A stretch of DNA of 64,000 bases from Octopus sinensis (taxonomy: Eukaryota). Shown piece by piece: positions 37,050 to 48,899 of this stretch (position 1 is its first letter; each line of letters starts with the position of its first letter). Location: contig NC_043003.1 of NCBI RefSeq assembly GCF_006345805.1, positions 79,608,001 through 79,672,000 on the forward strand, given 5' to 3'. The position numbers were made by a program, and so were the translations under genes. A model generated the notes under the pieces. The model had not been told where the DNA came from and ran no database searches. It saw only the letters and a program-made list of their open reading frames with translations.

Positions 37050-38182
37050 AGGTAACCAGTAAAATGAATTACAGACATGGACAAGAACATGAAACCCACA
37101 GAGACGACACAAAACCACAGGACGGGACATTCGAAGCCCTCAGTCATCAGTCAAGAACCAGATCATCTTAGCAATTTCGGCTGATTAATCTTGAGATTGC
37201 TCCGATATGGCCAGCCCGCCAAGGGAAATCTAAGCCAAGCGCATTAGATCCCCTGGAAGAAAGCTTCGAATGTATACAACGAAAGGACGGAAAACGATTG
37301 AAGTACACACAACAAAAATACAGAATACGTGACACCATAAGAATACAAAAACGTAAAACAATAACGGTAAAAATAAAAAATAAACAACAAAACAAAACAG
37401 GACGTAGGACAAGGGTCTTTCGACAGGACGATTTGAGTATGGGGCTGGCTTGTGAAGTTGTGCCTAAGGCCACGGGGAGACGAACAAATACGTGTTGCTT
37501 CTGCTGCTGCTGAAAACGAAAAGAGCGCTCAACAGCGGCTAGCTGTCACGTGAGAACAAAAGACAGGAGAAAGGGACAGATGAAAAGGGAGAGAAGTGGA
37601 CGAGGGAGGAGAAGAAGAGACAGATCGAGGGGGCTGGAGGTGAGAGAGATAGAGAACGTAGAAGGGGGGGGGAGACGGATGGAGAGGGAAAGAAGGAAGT
37701 GGAATAAGGAGGAGAGAGAGAGAGAGAAAAAGAGCAGATTAAGAGTCGTATCAAAGCTAGAGAAAAAAATATACTTATCGTATAAGGACAATTGTGGATA
37801 CGTAGCCGCCGATTATAGGTAAACAGTAAAATGAATTACAGACATGGACAAGAACATGAAACACCACAGGACGACACAAGAACCACAGGACGGGACATTC
37901 GAAGCCCTCAGTCATCAGTCAAGAACCAGATCATCTTAGCCATTTCGGCTGATTAATCTTGAGATTGCTCCGATATGGCCAGCCCGCCAAGGGAAATCTA
38001 AGCCAAGCGCATTAGATCCCCTGGAAGAAAGCTTCGAATGTATACAACGAAAGGACGGAAACGATTGAAGTACACAAACAAAATACGAATACGTGACACC
38101 AATAAGATACAAAAACGTAAAAACATAACGGTAAAAATAAAAAATAAACAACAAAACAAAACCAGGACGTAGACAAGGATAT
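37050..38182 (-). mobile_element. Partial tandem (about 1.5 units, ~768-bp period) of the subfamily 1 repeat
   Basis: GGTAACCAGTAAAATGAATTACAGAC at ~37050 recurs at ~37817; ribozyme-like motifs at 37128-37272 and 37896-38040. Confidence 0.75.
37128..37272 (-). ncRNA. Hammerhead-like RNA, non-canonical strand order (subfamily 1)
   Basis: GGCUG..AGCAAU-C-UCAAGA-UUAAU-CAGCC-GAA-AUUGCU..UCUUGA-CUGAUGA, closed by CAUUCGAAGC/GCUUCGAAUG. Confidence 0.62.
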
Positions 38183-38532
38183 ACATACAGAGACACTGTA
38201 GACGCTGGCACTTGCACTTTTAGTTTCCCTTACAAGTAATACCAAGCAAATTCGACCGGAATTCCTCTGCCATAAGCCCTTGATTGAAGAATCCTTCGTG
38301 ACCTCAGTATTAGTCCACTAAATCAGTCCTAGTACTCGATTGGTATTTGGTACTTTGTTTTATCGATCGAGGCAACAAACGGCAAAGTGGATCACAGCAG
38401 GATATGAACTCAGAACTTTAAAAAGTTGGAATTAAATACCACAATGTGTTTTGTTTAACGCTCTAACGCAATGGTATCCAAGCGTGTTGTCGTCATACCT
38501 TCTTGTGTGTTTTATAGCTCTTAGGGTATCAA

Positions 38533-38760
38533 GAGGCGGCGAGCTGGTAGGAACGTTAGCACGCCGGGCGAAATTCGTAGCAGTATTTCGTCTGTCGTTA
38601 CGTTCCGAGTTCAAATTCCGCCGAGGTCGACATTGCCCTTCATCCTTAGGGGTCGATAAATTAAGTACTAGTTACGCACTGGGGTCGATGTAATCGACTT
38701 AATCCCTTTGTCTGTCCTTGTTTGTCCCCTCTATGTTTAACCCTTGTGGGTAGTAAAGAA
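38533..38760 (+). mobile_element. SINE family A, tail-B
   Basis: GAGGCGGCGAGCTGG...CTTGTGGGTAGTAAAGAAATA. Confidence 0.88.
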
Positions 38761-38851
38761 ATATATAATATATAATATATATATATATATATATATCTAT
38801 ATATATATATATAATATATATTATATATATATATATTATATAATATATATA

Positions 38852-38899
<48 letters not shown>

Positions 38900-38902
38900 T
38901 AT

Positions 38903-38934
<32 letters not shown>

Positions 38935-38937
38935 GTA

Positions 38938-39228
38938 TGAAGGCGTATGCTTCAGTGGTTAGACCGTCGAGCTTACGATCGTGAGGTTGTGAGTTCGAAT
39001 CCGGACGGGCTGCGTGTTGTGTTCTTGAGCAAGACACTTTATTTACGTTGCTCCAGTTCACTCAGCCGTAGAAATGAGTTGCGACGTTACTGGTGCCAAG
39101 CTGTATCGGCCCTTTTGCCTTTCTCTGCTCTTCCATAAAAAAAAAAAACATTTCCCAGACTTATGCCTGGGAGGGTAGCTTTCTAGGTGCAAGCCCATGG
39201 TCAGTCATGACCGAAGGGGTCTCACTCA
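38938..39228 (+). mobile_element. tRNA-derived CORE-like SINE family F
   Basis: GAAGGCGTATGCTTCAGTGGTTAG...GAGTTCGAATCC...GTGTTCTTGAGCAAGACACTT; second copy at 42773-43107. Confidence 0.85.
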
Positions 39229-39299
<71 letters not shown>

Positions 39300-40043
39300 C
39301 ATATAGACACACTCACTTACACACATACATATGTATGCATATGCATAGATATGTATGAGCGCGTGTATAAATATATGCATGTATATGTAAGTGCATATAT
39401 TTGAGAGAGAGATTTACGTTTTATTCATGCGCACTCACGCACACTCGCGCACGCACACACGGGCGTATACACTCGCCCGCACACACCCGCACGCATGCAC
39501 GCAAACATACCCATGTAACGAGTATATATCAGTTTTACACAATCAAACGACAAAATTAGCTGTTAAAATGTAATGAAGAACAAATGTGTGTGTATATACA
39601 CACAAACGCATATATATACACACGTACATTCATATATCTATATACATATGCATGCATATATATAAATATATATATATACACAAACATATGCATAAAAATA
39701 TACATCCATACACGCACGCACAAACAAACAAACAAACAAACACACACACACATATATATACACATATACACACATATATGGTGTTTATGGTAATTGAATT
39801 GATGTAATGAACCATAATTTTACACTTACTAATGGCGAGTTGTATTATTGACGATTAGTAAAAACTTTTTGAAATATATTCATCCATCCATCCATCCATC
39901 CATCCATCCATTCATACATGCATACATACATACATATATACACAAGCACACACACACTGACACACAGACACACAGACACACACAGACGCACACACATGTA
40001 TGTATCTATATATATATATATAATATAATATATATATATATAT

Positions 40044-40077
<34 letters not shown>

Positions 40078-40087
40078 CTAATATATA

Positions 40088-40143
<56 letters not shown>

Positions 40144-40492
40144 TAATATATATATATACGTATATATATATATATATATATATATATGTTTGCAACATGT
40201 AGTATGAAACTGATCTCCACCCATGAAGTGAAATTAATAATATCAAGCGCGCATCCATGACTGAAAATTTTGCTGTATTTTCTTGAGGAGAGAACATATA
40301 CATACGCACGTACGCATACATACTCACCCCCCCACTCCACATACGCACATGTATACATGCACACAGATTTCTCCCACGCATATGTAGTTTTTATGGAGTA
40401 CAGCAGTAAAAGGGTACTGAAACGTGCTAGCGATCAAAGCGAAATAGGTACCCAGAACACCGTTAGCTTCCATACATACACATACACAGGGG

Positions 40493-40722
40493 TTGGACAA
40501 AATAATGGAAACACCTAGCATCATAATTTTGAAATATCTATAAAGCTTGTTTATTTTAATGATTTTTATTATTTATTATTAGTGTTGCTTAATATGTTTT
40601 GTTAAAATTGCTGTTTCTTTTCAGATATCAGAAAAACGTAATTAAAATTTATTAAAATCACAGGTCTGTCGGACTTTCAAAGAGGTAAAATTATTGGCGC
40701 TCGTACAGCAGGGGCTATAAAG
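40493..40722 (+). mobile_element. Tc1-family transposon left end
   Basis: TA|CAGGGGTTGGACAAAATAATGGAAACACC TIR-like end, and a transposase start homologous to 46700-46790. Confidence 0.7.
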
Positions 40723-40729
40723 TTAAAAT

Positions 40730-41199
40730 TAAAGTTTTCGGGTTCACTTTGAGCGAAGAAAAATGAGAATTCCTTCTACCAAATTAAGTACTTAGAGAAA
40801 ATAACTGATAAAAGTGGCAGACGTCCTGACTCGCCGTGGGCAGACAAAATAAGGAATATGCCTGCGCCGAAAAATATTCCAACTTTACAAACATTTATTG
40901 GGCTGGAAAACTACTACCAAAACTACATTCCTAACATGCACAAGAGCTCCATTGGACGACTTATTACAAAAAGGATTGAAGTGGAATTGGTCGACTAAAT
41001 GCCAGAACACTTTTGAAGAAATAACAAACATTCATAGGCGCAGGAGTGGCTGTGTGGTAAGTAGCTTGCTAACCAACCACATGGTTCTGGGTTCAATCCC
41101 ACTGCGTGGCATCTTGGGCAAGTGTCTTCTGCTATAGCCCCGGGCCGACCAATGCCTTGTGAGTGGATTTGGTAGACGGAAACTGAAAGAAGCCTGTCG

Positions 41200-41230
<31 letters not shown>

Positions 41231-42470
41231 GTATGTGTGTGTGTGTTTGTGTGTCTGTGTTTGTCCCCTAGCATTGCTTGACAACCGATGCTGGTGTGTG
41301 TTTACGTCCCCGTCACCTAGCGGTTCGGCAAAAGAGACCGATATAATAAGTACTGGGCTTACAAAAAATAAGTCTCGGGGCCGATTTGCTCGACTAAAGG
41401 CGGTGCTCCAGCATGGCCGCAGTCAAATGACTGAAACAAGTAAAAAATAAAAGAAAGAAAGAAAAAGAATTCTAATCTCAGACTTGTCGTTAGAACATTA
41501 CGATACACAAATGGATATCACTGTAGCGTTTGATGTTTTCGAGCACGGATTAGGTGCAGTTCTATTTCATAAATACGAAGAAAGAAGTATAAAACCAGTG
41601 ATTACTGTTTCGCGCTCGGTAATAGCAACAGAGAAGAGATATAGTCAGATTGAAAAGGAGGCCCTAGCAATTATTGTTGTAGTTGAAAAAATTTCACAGG
41701 TTTCTGCATGGCAGAAGTTTTTTTTATTGCAAACAGACAATAGACCTTTGCTGTCCATATATTGGTCTAAAAAAGGGTTACCGACTCATACTGTGAACTG
41801 CCTGCAACGTTGGGATGTAATATTAAAAAAATTATAATTTCAAAATGTAGTACGCACCATCGGAAAAAATCGTTCATGTGGACACCTTTAAAAGAGCGTT
41901 GAGAAAAGCCAGGAACGAATTAAGTAACGACGAAGCACTGACAAGTTTCTAAAGAATATACAGAGTGAGTCTCCCAATCCAAGTACAAATTCAAGGAAGT
42001 CTCCCGAAGATTTTCGTACGAAGAATAAAATCCATTTTTGATAAACTATTACCAGCGAAAAAAAACACGTAAAAGAAGTACGAAAGAGCCAACGAAATAC
42101 TTCGAAATCTGAGATAAAGTGCATTTCAAAACCTATAGAAACGGTTAAGAAGACTGAGAAGATGGCCTTGTTACCAGAAAAATTGGAAGTATGATGTATA
42201 TAGTTAAAGGGTCACACGGTGAACATAAGAGACATATAAACCAACTAAAGAAGAGACATATCCAAGATCAGGAAGAAATTCCCATGGAAGTAATCTGTGA
42301 AATATTAATTGTACCGGTACCAAATGTAATAGAGTCCCGTAGAACCAGCATGAGAAAAAGAAAGGAGACCAAACACCTTGAGATAATGCCCAAGCGAAAG
42401 AGATACTATAAAAAAATTATAAATAAAAATTTCTTTATTCCTTTGGAACACGAAATCTCAAAATGAGAGA
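40730..42470 (+). pseudogene. Ty3/Gypsy pol remnant (RT C-terminus, RNase H, integrase C-terminus), internally deleted
   Basis: NMPAPKNIPTLQTFIGLENYY..RAPLDDLLQKGLKWNWSTKCQ; GLGAVLFH..VSRSVIATEKRYSQIEKEALAII..QTDNRPLL..LQRW; KRHINQLKKRH. Confidence 0.85.
41035..41462 (+). mobile_element. SINE family E, full length, inserted in the Gypsy remnant
   Basis: GGCGCAGGAGTGGCTGTGTGGTAAG...GGGTTCAATCCC...GGCCGCAGTCAAATGACTGAAACAAGTAAAA. Confidence 0.9.
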
Positions 42471-43112
42471 CGTTGTGCGAGAGTACGAGGCTCCCTGGCG
42501 AGAATGGATTGGACCACTACATATAAATAGTAGCGGCATGAGTAAGTGAGGTTGTTCGATAAGTCCCCCCACCCCATTTGTCCCGTATATCGTCCCCTCT
42601 TTGTTTAAACCTTGTGGTTTGAATAAAGTCATCGTGCTCGTTCCACAGTTCGTGTGTTGATAGTTCAAAGTTGGAGTTCAAAGTTTACAGTTCGAGTAAG
42701 CGTTTCGGATTCTTGGTCCTTAAAAGATTTTACGTTTCGTGTGGTTACTGTCGTTTATTTCGATTATATTGTGAAGGCGCGTGGCTCAGTGGTTAGAGCG
42801 TCGAGCTTACGATCGTGAGGTTGTAAGCTCGAATCCTGGACCGGGCTGCGTGTTGTGTTCTTGAGTAAGACACTTTATTTCACGTTGCTCCAGTTCACTC
42901 AGCTGTAGAAATGAGTTGCGACGTCACAGGTGCCAAGCTGTATCGGCCCTTGCCTTTCCCTTGGACAACATCGGTGACGTGGAGAAGGGAGGCCGGTATG
43001 CATGGGCGAATACTGGCCTTCCATAAACAACCTTGCCCAGACTTGTGCCTCAGAGGGTAACTCTCTAGGTGCAAATCCATGGTCAGTGTCTGACCGAAGG
43101 GGGTCACAACAG
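42471..43112 (+). mobile_element. Putative Gypsy 3' LTR, interrupted by SINE F (42773-43107)
   Basis: Purine tract AAAATGAGAGA followed by (C/T)GTTG; TATAAATA at ~42531; AATAAA at ~42621; possible CAACA end after the SINE. Confidence 0.5.
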
Positions 43113-43649
43113 TTGCAGTGTACCCGTTTATCCATAAGGACATAACTGAATATTTATTACACATGCACAAACACTTCCTCATTTGTGGCCAAATGCGACG
43201 GTCATCACACATTGCACATTTTGAAATTGTTTCTGAGCCAAATTTTAAGTTTTGATTCATCTGAAGAAAACTTTTTTTTTTCTCAAGATGTAATCGATGT
43301 TTTCATCAATAAGAAAATACCGTCTGAAACAACTGTAGTGGACTTTAACCCACTTCTGGTCTTTATAAATATATAGGTATATATTATATATTAGTTACGA
43401 TTTGGGTTAAAATCTTGTATTATACCTTACAAAACTCGTCTGCAGTTATTGGCTACTGGATACCATTATAAAGCGGGAATGCTCTTGTTGATGGATATAT
43501 CAGGAATCCGAGAGACTCTGTAGAGTTCATATAAATAGACGAATTACAGAAAATGGATTGAACAATATTATTTGAAAGTCCCTACATGCATTCTCATATA
43601 ATGTGAAATACAGTTTGGATTAACGACAGAATTATTTAAAATAATCACC

Positions 43650-44355
43650 CGAAGAAACACATTTTAAACCTTTGATGGATTTTAAACCTTTGATAGTGAT
43701 TAAACTATATGTTAATTATATCGTATCACCAATGTACTACGAGTGTAACGATGTATGGAAGCAATTGTATTGCTTTTGAATAAAGAAAGTCGTTCTGCTT
43801 TGCTGATCAATGTTACTATCATCTCTGAGTTTTCTACTATCATATCCATGCATGGTCTTCTGCTCATATACGCTCATCCTTTCTTCTGATGATACGTTGC
43901 GGTAGAGTCGTGTGACTTCTTTGGTCATGCATTTAAGGTTATCAGACAAGGAATGTTGCCCAAGGAGCTACCTTCCAAAACTTACGATGTTATCAGCCTC
44001 ATGTATGCAAACTTGGTCAAAGGGTGCATTTCAACAATTGGTGGTTAAAAAATGATATGACATTCAAAGGTATTTTGTATCGATGTTAAGCCTCTGTCGC
44101 CATGTTTTCGTTTTAGGTAGAGGCGTTATATGTTATTGATGATGTGGAAATTATGCGTGCTTGTTAGTATCTTCCAGGTTTTCACATCAATGGTTCGGAT
44201 CACATCCAATGAAGATGCCCAAATATTTGTATGAGTACTGGCACTTCAAACAAATTGTGGGCCACTGTTTTATTGAATGCAAGGAGTTCCGCGGTCCAAT
44301 TTTTCTTTATTCGGCTGTAATATTCTTTAGTGACACGTGTTTTGTTACAGGTCCC
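43650..44355 (-). pseudogene. R4/Dong LINE RT thumb-region remnant
   Basis: TRVTKEYYSRIKKNWTAELLAFNKTVAHNLFEVPVLIQIFGHLHW and RLYLKRKHGDRGLTSIQNTFE. Confidence 0.75.
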
Positions 44356-44739
44356 ATTGTAAGATATGTATGTATGTATTATGTATGTGTGCATGCGTGT
44401 GTGTATGTATATTTGTATGTATGTGTAAAAGTGTACGGCCTAGTAGTTAGGCTGTTGGTTCATGGTCATGGGGTTGTAATTTCAATTCCTGGGCGAAGGG
44501 GCATGTAGCATCGTTGAGCATGGCACTTCACTTTGATGTTACTCCGGTATACTCAGCTGCAAATAAGCACCAGCTGTGTACTGGTGCTATTCTTTGTCCC
44601 TCTATCAGTGACATTCTGTATGGTACACTAGGTCAATTGTGAAAGGGTGAGAGAGTTTCTGTGTCTTGCTCATTAAAAGAGAAAACGAGGTGGTTCAATA
44701 TGAAAAAGAAAGTGGGGAGTCCTCCTAATTACCAAAAAA

Positions 44740-45470
44740 ACTTACAATATTATTAAAGAAAACATCCTTGATGTTATTGATTGATTTAAGCAAATCAAAT
44801 CATCAAAGTCAAGTAGTATAAAATCGTTAAAAAGTAATTGGTACAAGAGAACAAGAGATCTGAAACATTGTGTATTAATCTTAAAAAGGAAGCATAACAC
44901 TAGATATCGCACCAGCATCAACAGAAACTGAAACATACCGGGTGAAAATATGTAACAAAAATCAAAGAGCACAATGTGTCAAAGTGAAAGACGATGGAAA
45001 GAAATGCAATAAAACTGTAAGCATGACCCGGCAAACGTAACCATGTCGCCATTGGGATTAGACTAGAAGCAAGTGGAAAGCTTTCGAAATTGACATTGTG
45101 TATGATTTGTGGCTGAAACACCCTAAACAGTAATCATAAATATAACCACAGCATTTAATAAATTAGAAAACGGAGCAGGAATCGACACCTGAATGGTTTC
45201 TAGAGATGAAAACAATATTTATTCGCCAAATCAAAAAGACGAGAAACGGCGCAGAACTACATGCCAATAACTTGTTTGCCAATAACATGCCAAAGCCCTT
45301 ACATATATGCTCAATAACAGGTTGGCTGCTCACCTGGAAAGCAATAACAACATACAATAGGAGCAAGAAGAGTACCAGAAAGGGATATACAGTTATGGGG
45401 CTGCAAAGACCAACAACTGTTCAACAAGCCAATTATGGAAGAAAAGAAATCACACTTGAACACTGAGGAC
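44740..45470 (+). pseudogene. R4/Dong LINE RT N-terminal remnant
   Basis: PEWFLEMKTIFI..AQNYMPITCLP..GCKDQQL in shifting frames. Confidence 0.6.
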
Positions 45471-45479
45471 GCAGCATAG

Positions 45480-45565
<86 letters not shown>

Positions 45566-45639
45566 GAGCGTGTGTATACATGTATGTATGAGTATATATA
45601 TATATATATATACATATATGCATATATCTTTTTTTATTC

Positions 45640-46045
45640 TATTATTTTTTTATTTGTTTCAGTCATCTGACTGCGGCCATGCTGGAGAACCAGCTCGAAG
45701 GGCTTTTAGTCGAATGTATCGAACCCAGGATGTATTTTTTAAGCCTAGTACTTATTCTACCAGTCTCTTTTGCTGATCAGCTAAGTTACGGGGACGTAAA
45801 CACACCAACACCGGCTGTGAAGCTGTGATGGGAGGACAAACACACGTGTGTGTGTATGTATATATATATATATGCACGACGGGCTTCTTTCGGTTTCCGT
45901 CTACCAAATCCACTTACAAGGTTTTTGTCGGCCCGAAGCTATAGTAGAAAACACTTGTCCAAGTCCCACGCAGTGGGACTTAACCCTGAACCAAGTGGTT
46001 GAGAAGCTATCTTCTTAACACACACCCACACTTGCGCCTATATAT
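45640..46045 (-). mobile_element. SINE family E
   Basis: TTGTTTCAGTCATCTGACTGCGGCCATGCTGG...GCAGTGGGACTTAACCC. Confidence 0.85.
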
Positions 46046-46699
46046 ATAAACGATGCGCAATGTTCACTCGACCCCCGAAGTCGAGTGGTTACATTTTTTA
46101 CCACTCTTTTCTCTTTTCATTAACAATGTCCACATATATACATTATTTTCCACAATCTTTTTTCTCTTATTTTTTCCAAAGTTCACATTATTCTTTTCCA
46201 ATCTTACCTTTTTTTTTTCCAAAAAGCTCTTTTACTTTTTTATCACTATTTTTTCAACCTCTCGTATTCCACTACAGAATTCATCTACCATTTTCGCATG
46301 AAAATGCTCCCATAAATCTCTTATATATTTCATCAGGTTTCCAAACACCTCTATCATCCATATCAAATCCCTCTTTTAGCAGCTTCACTCTCACCAGTCC
46401 CTTCCATTTCGCAGTTTTTTCTCTGCATCCACACCTTTCTCATACACAACCAGGAAACCCTTGTAGTTACATTGTTTTTCTATTGTTTTTTCCTTTCTTT
46501 CTTTCTTTCTTTCTTTCAAATTTTTTGCTTCGAGTCCTTCCTTACCTCTCTTTGGCTCTGCTGAACTCTTCTTTGCCTTCGCTCTCTTCTTTCTTTCGGG
46601 GCTGACGAATCCACCACTCCCTGCCCTTGTTTCTTTAACCTCACTCTTTTCCTTCTCTTTAACTTCCTGGGTTTTTATTCTTTTCCCTCTCTTTAACTT

Positions 46700-47585
46700 C
46701 AGAAAAACGTAATTAAATTCATTAAAATGACAGATCTATCGGACTTTCAAAAAGGTCAAATTGTTATGTTCGCATGGCAGGCGCTAGCATAATGAAAACA
46801 ACCGAAATGTTTGGTGTATCAAGAAGTACTATCTGAAAAGTAATGATAGCCTTTAAGAAAGAGGGAAAAACCTCCTCGTCGAAACAAAACTCCGAAAGAA
46901 AACCAAAACTTTCAGATAGGGACCGTCGGACTCTTACGCGAATTGTTAGAAAGGATCACAAAAGTACAGCTCCCAAAATTACTGCAGAGCTTAATGACCA
47001 TCTCGTGGAGACAGTTTCCAGAGAGCAGTGGAAAAATGTTATTTTCCCGGATGAGTTATCCTTTACTTTATTTCAGACCACTGGCCGAGTATACGTGTGG
47101 AGACAGGCAAAAGAAGCATTTGACCAAAACTGACTTCTTCCAACTGTTAAACATGGAGGAGGATCTGTGATGATCTGGGGGCTGTATCTTGGAAATCCGC
47201 CGGCTGAATGGTCCCTTCATGGCAGAATTAATAGTCAAGACTATTTAAGCATTTTACCCGATCAAATTCATCGTATGGTTGCGGAACCGTTTCCGGAGGG
47301 AAACGCAATCTTTCTGGAATGATAATGCACCAATTCACACAGCTAAAGTTGTTACTGAATGGCACAAGGAACATTTTAGTGAAGTTGAACATCTTATCTG
47401 GCCATCACAGTCCCCAATCACAGATCTCAATATTATTGAACATTTATGGTGCATTTTAGAAAAAGATGTAAGGAGTCGATATCCTCCACCATCATCACAA
47501 CAAGAACTAGAAACTGTTTTAGCTAAAGAATGGATAAAAATTCCTTTGGAAACAATTCAAACTTTGTACGCGATCTACTGTTCCA
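46700..47585 (+). pseudogene. Tc1 (DD34E) transposase pseudogene with internal deletion
   Basis: MTDLSDFQKGQIV..RKPKLSDRDRRTLTRIVRKDHKSTAPKITAELN..WKNVIFPDE..TVKHGGGSVMIWG..DNAPIHT..WPSQSP..DLNIIEHLW. Confidence 0.9.
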
Positions 47586-48296
47586 AAATGTATATATACA
47601 TATAAACGAAATAGAGGGATAAACACATAAAGACATAAATACATACATACATACATTTATTCATACATACATACATACATACATACATTTATTCATACAT
47701 ACATACATACATTCATACATACATACATACATACATACATACATACATACATACATACATACATACATACATACTACATACATACATATGTAGAAACACA
47801 CAGAAAATCATATATGTACATCAACATTCAAGACGTCTACAGATACACTCATATAATGGGTAGATAACAGAATTACGCGATGAAATAACAAATTAGTATT
47901 CAAGATGAAATGAAGAACGCAGGTATATATTTGATATTTTGTTTACCTCTTTGTTTGAGGTAATTGAATTGGTTTAATGAACCGTAATTCCTCATATACT
48001 AACGGCGAGTAATGCTGTCGACAGATTAGGAAAAAAATTTTTTTTGATATATATATTATACATATATGTATTTCTGTAAGTATGTAAGAATATATATACA
48101 AATGAAAAGGTTGGATATACACTCATGTGTGTGTATGTGAGTGATGAGAGTAAGAGTAAAAGAGAGAGGAAGAGAAAGAGAGATGGGAGACAGAATGAAT
48201 GCTTGTATATATGTTTACACACATCTTTATACGCTATATACATTTACATCTGTAACAACAAACATAAATGCGTATATGTATGTACTTGTAGGTAAA

Positions 48297-48368
<72 letters not shown>

Positions 48369-48378
48369 TGTATGTATG

Positions 48379-48413
<35 letters not shown>

Positions 48414-48445
48414 ATATGTATATATATATACATACATACATACAT

Positions 48446-48502
<57 letters not shown>

Positions 48503-48899
48503 CACACACACACACACAAACACTCCCTACGCACATAGCCACTTCGGATGATTGCTGAATTTGTTTCTCCACCTCCAGTATAAAGCCAGTCGGTAATTTG
48601 GCTGTTATGAGACTTTAATGTCTTGTATTAATAATATTGATATATTCGTTGTTACCTAATAGATGCGAACCCATTCTTTTCTGACTCATGGATGTTTTGA
48701 CAACTTATAGGCTCCCATGTGATGTCGGGTACGTTGTAATAGGCCAATAATATCTTTAGTTGTTAACCCTGGCAGTGCGCTTATGGAATTGTATGACCTG
48801 GGATACTTAACAAAATATATCATCCGAAATCCATCCAACGATTTCTATACGAGTATGTTGTTAGAGAAGACGATCGACTTGTCAAGCATTTTCTACGAC

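Noticed and set aside
46090-46700. 181-aa F/S/L-rich ORF / LINE fragment
   Set aside because: Pyrimidine-rich low complexity; no conserved motif on either strand that I could identify.
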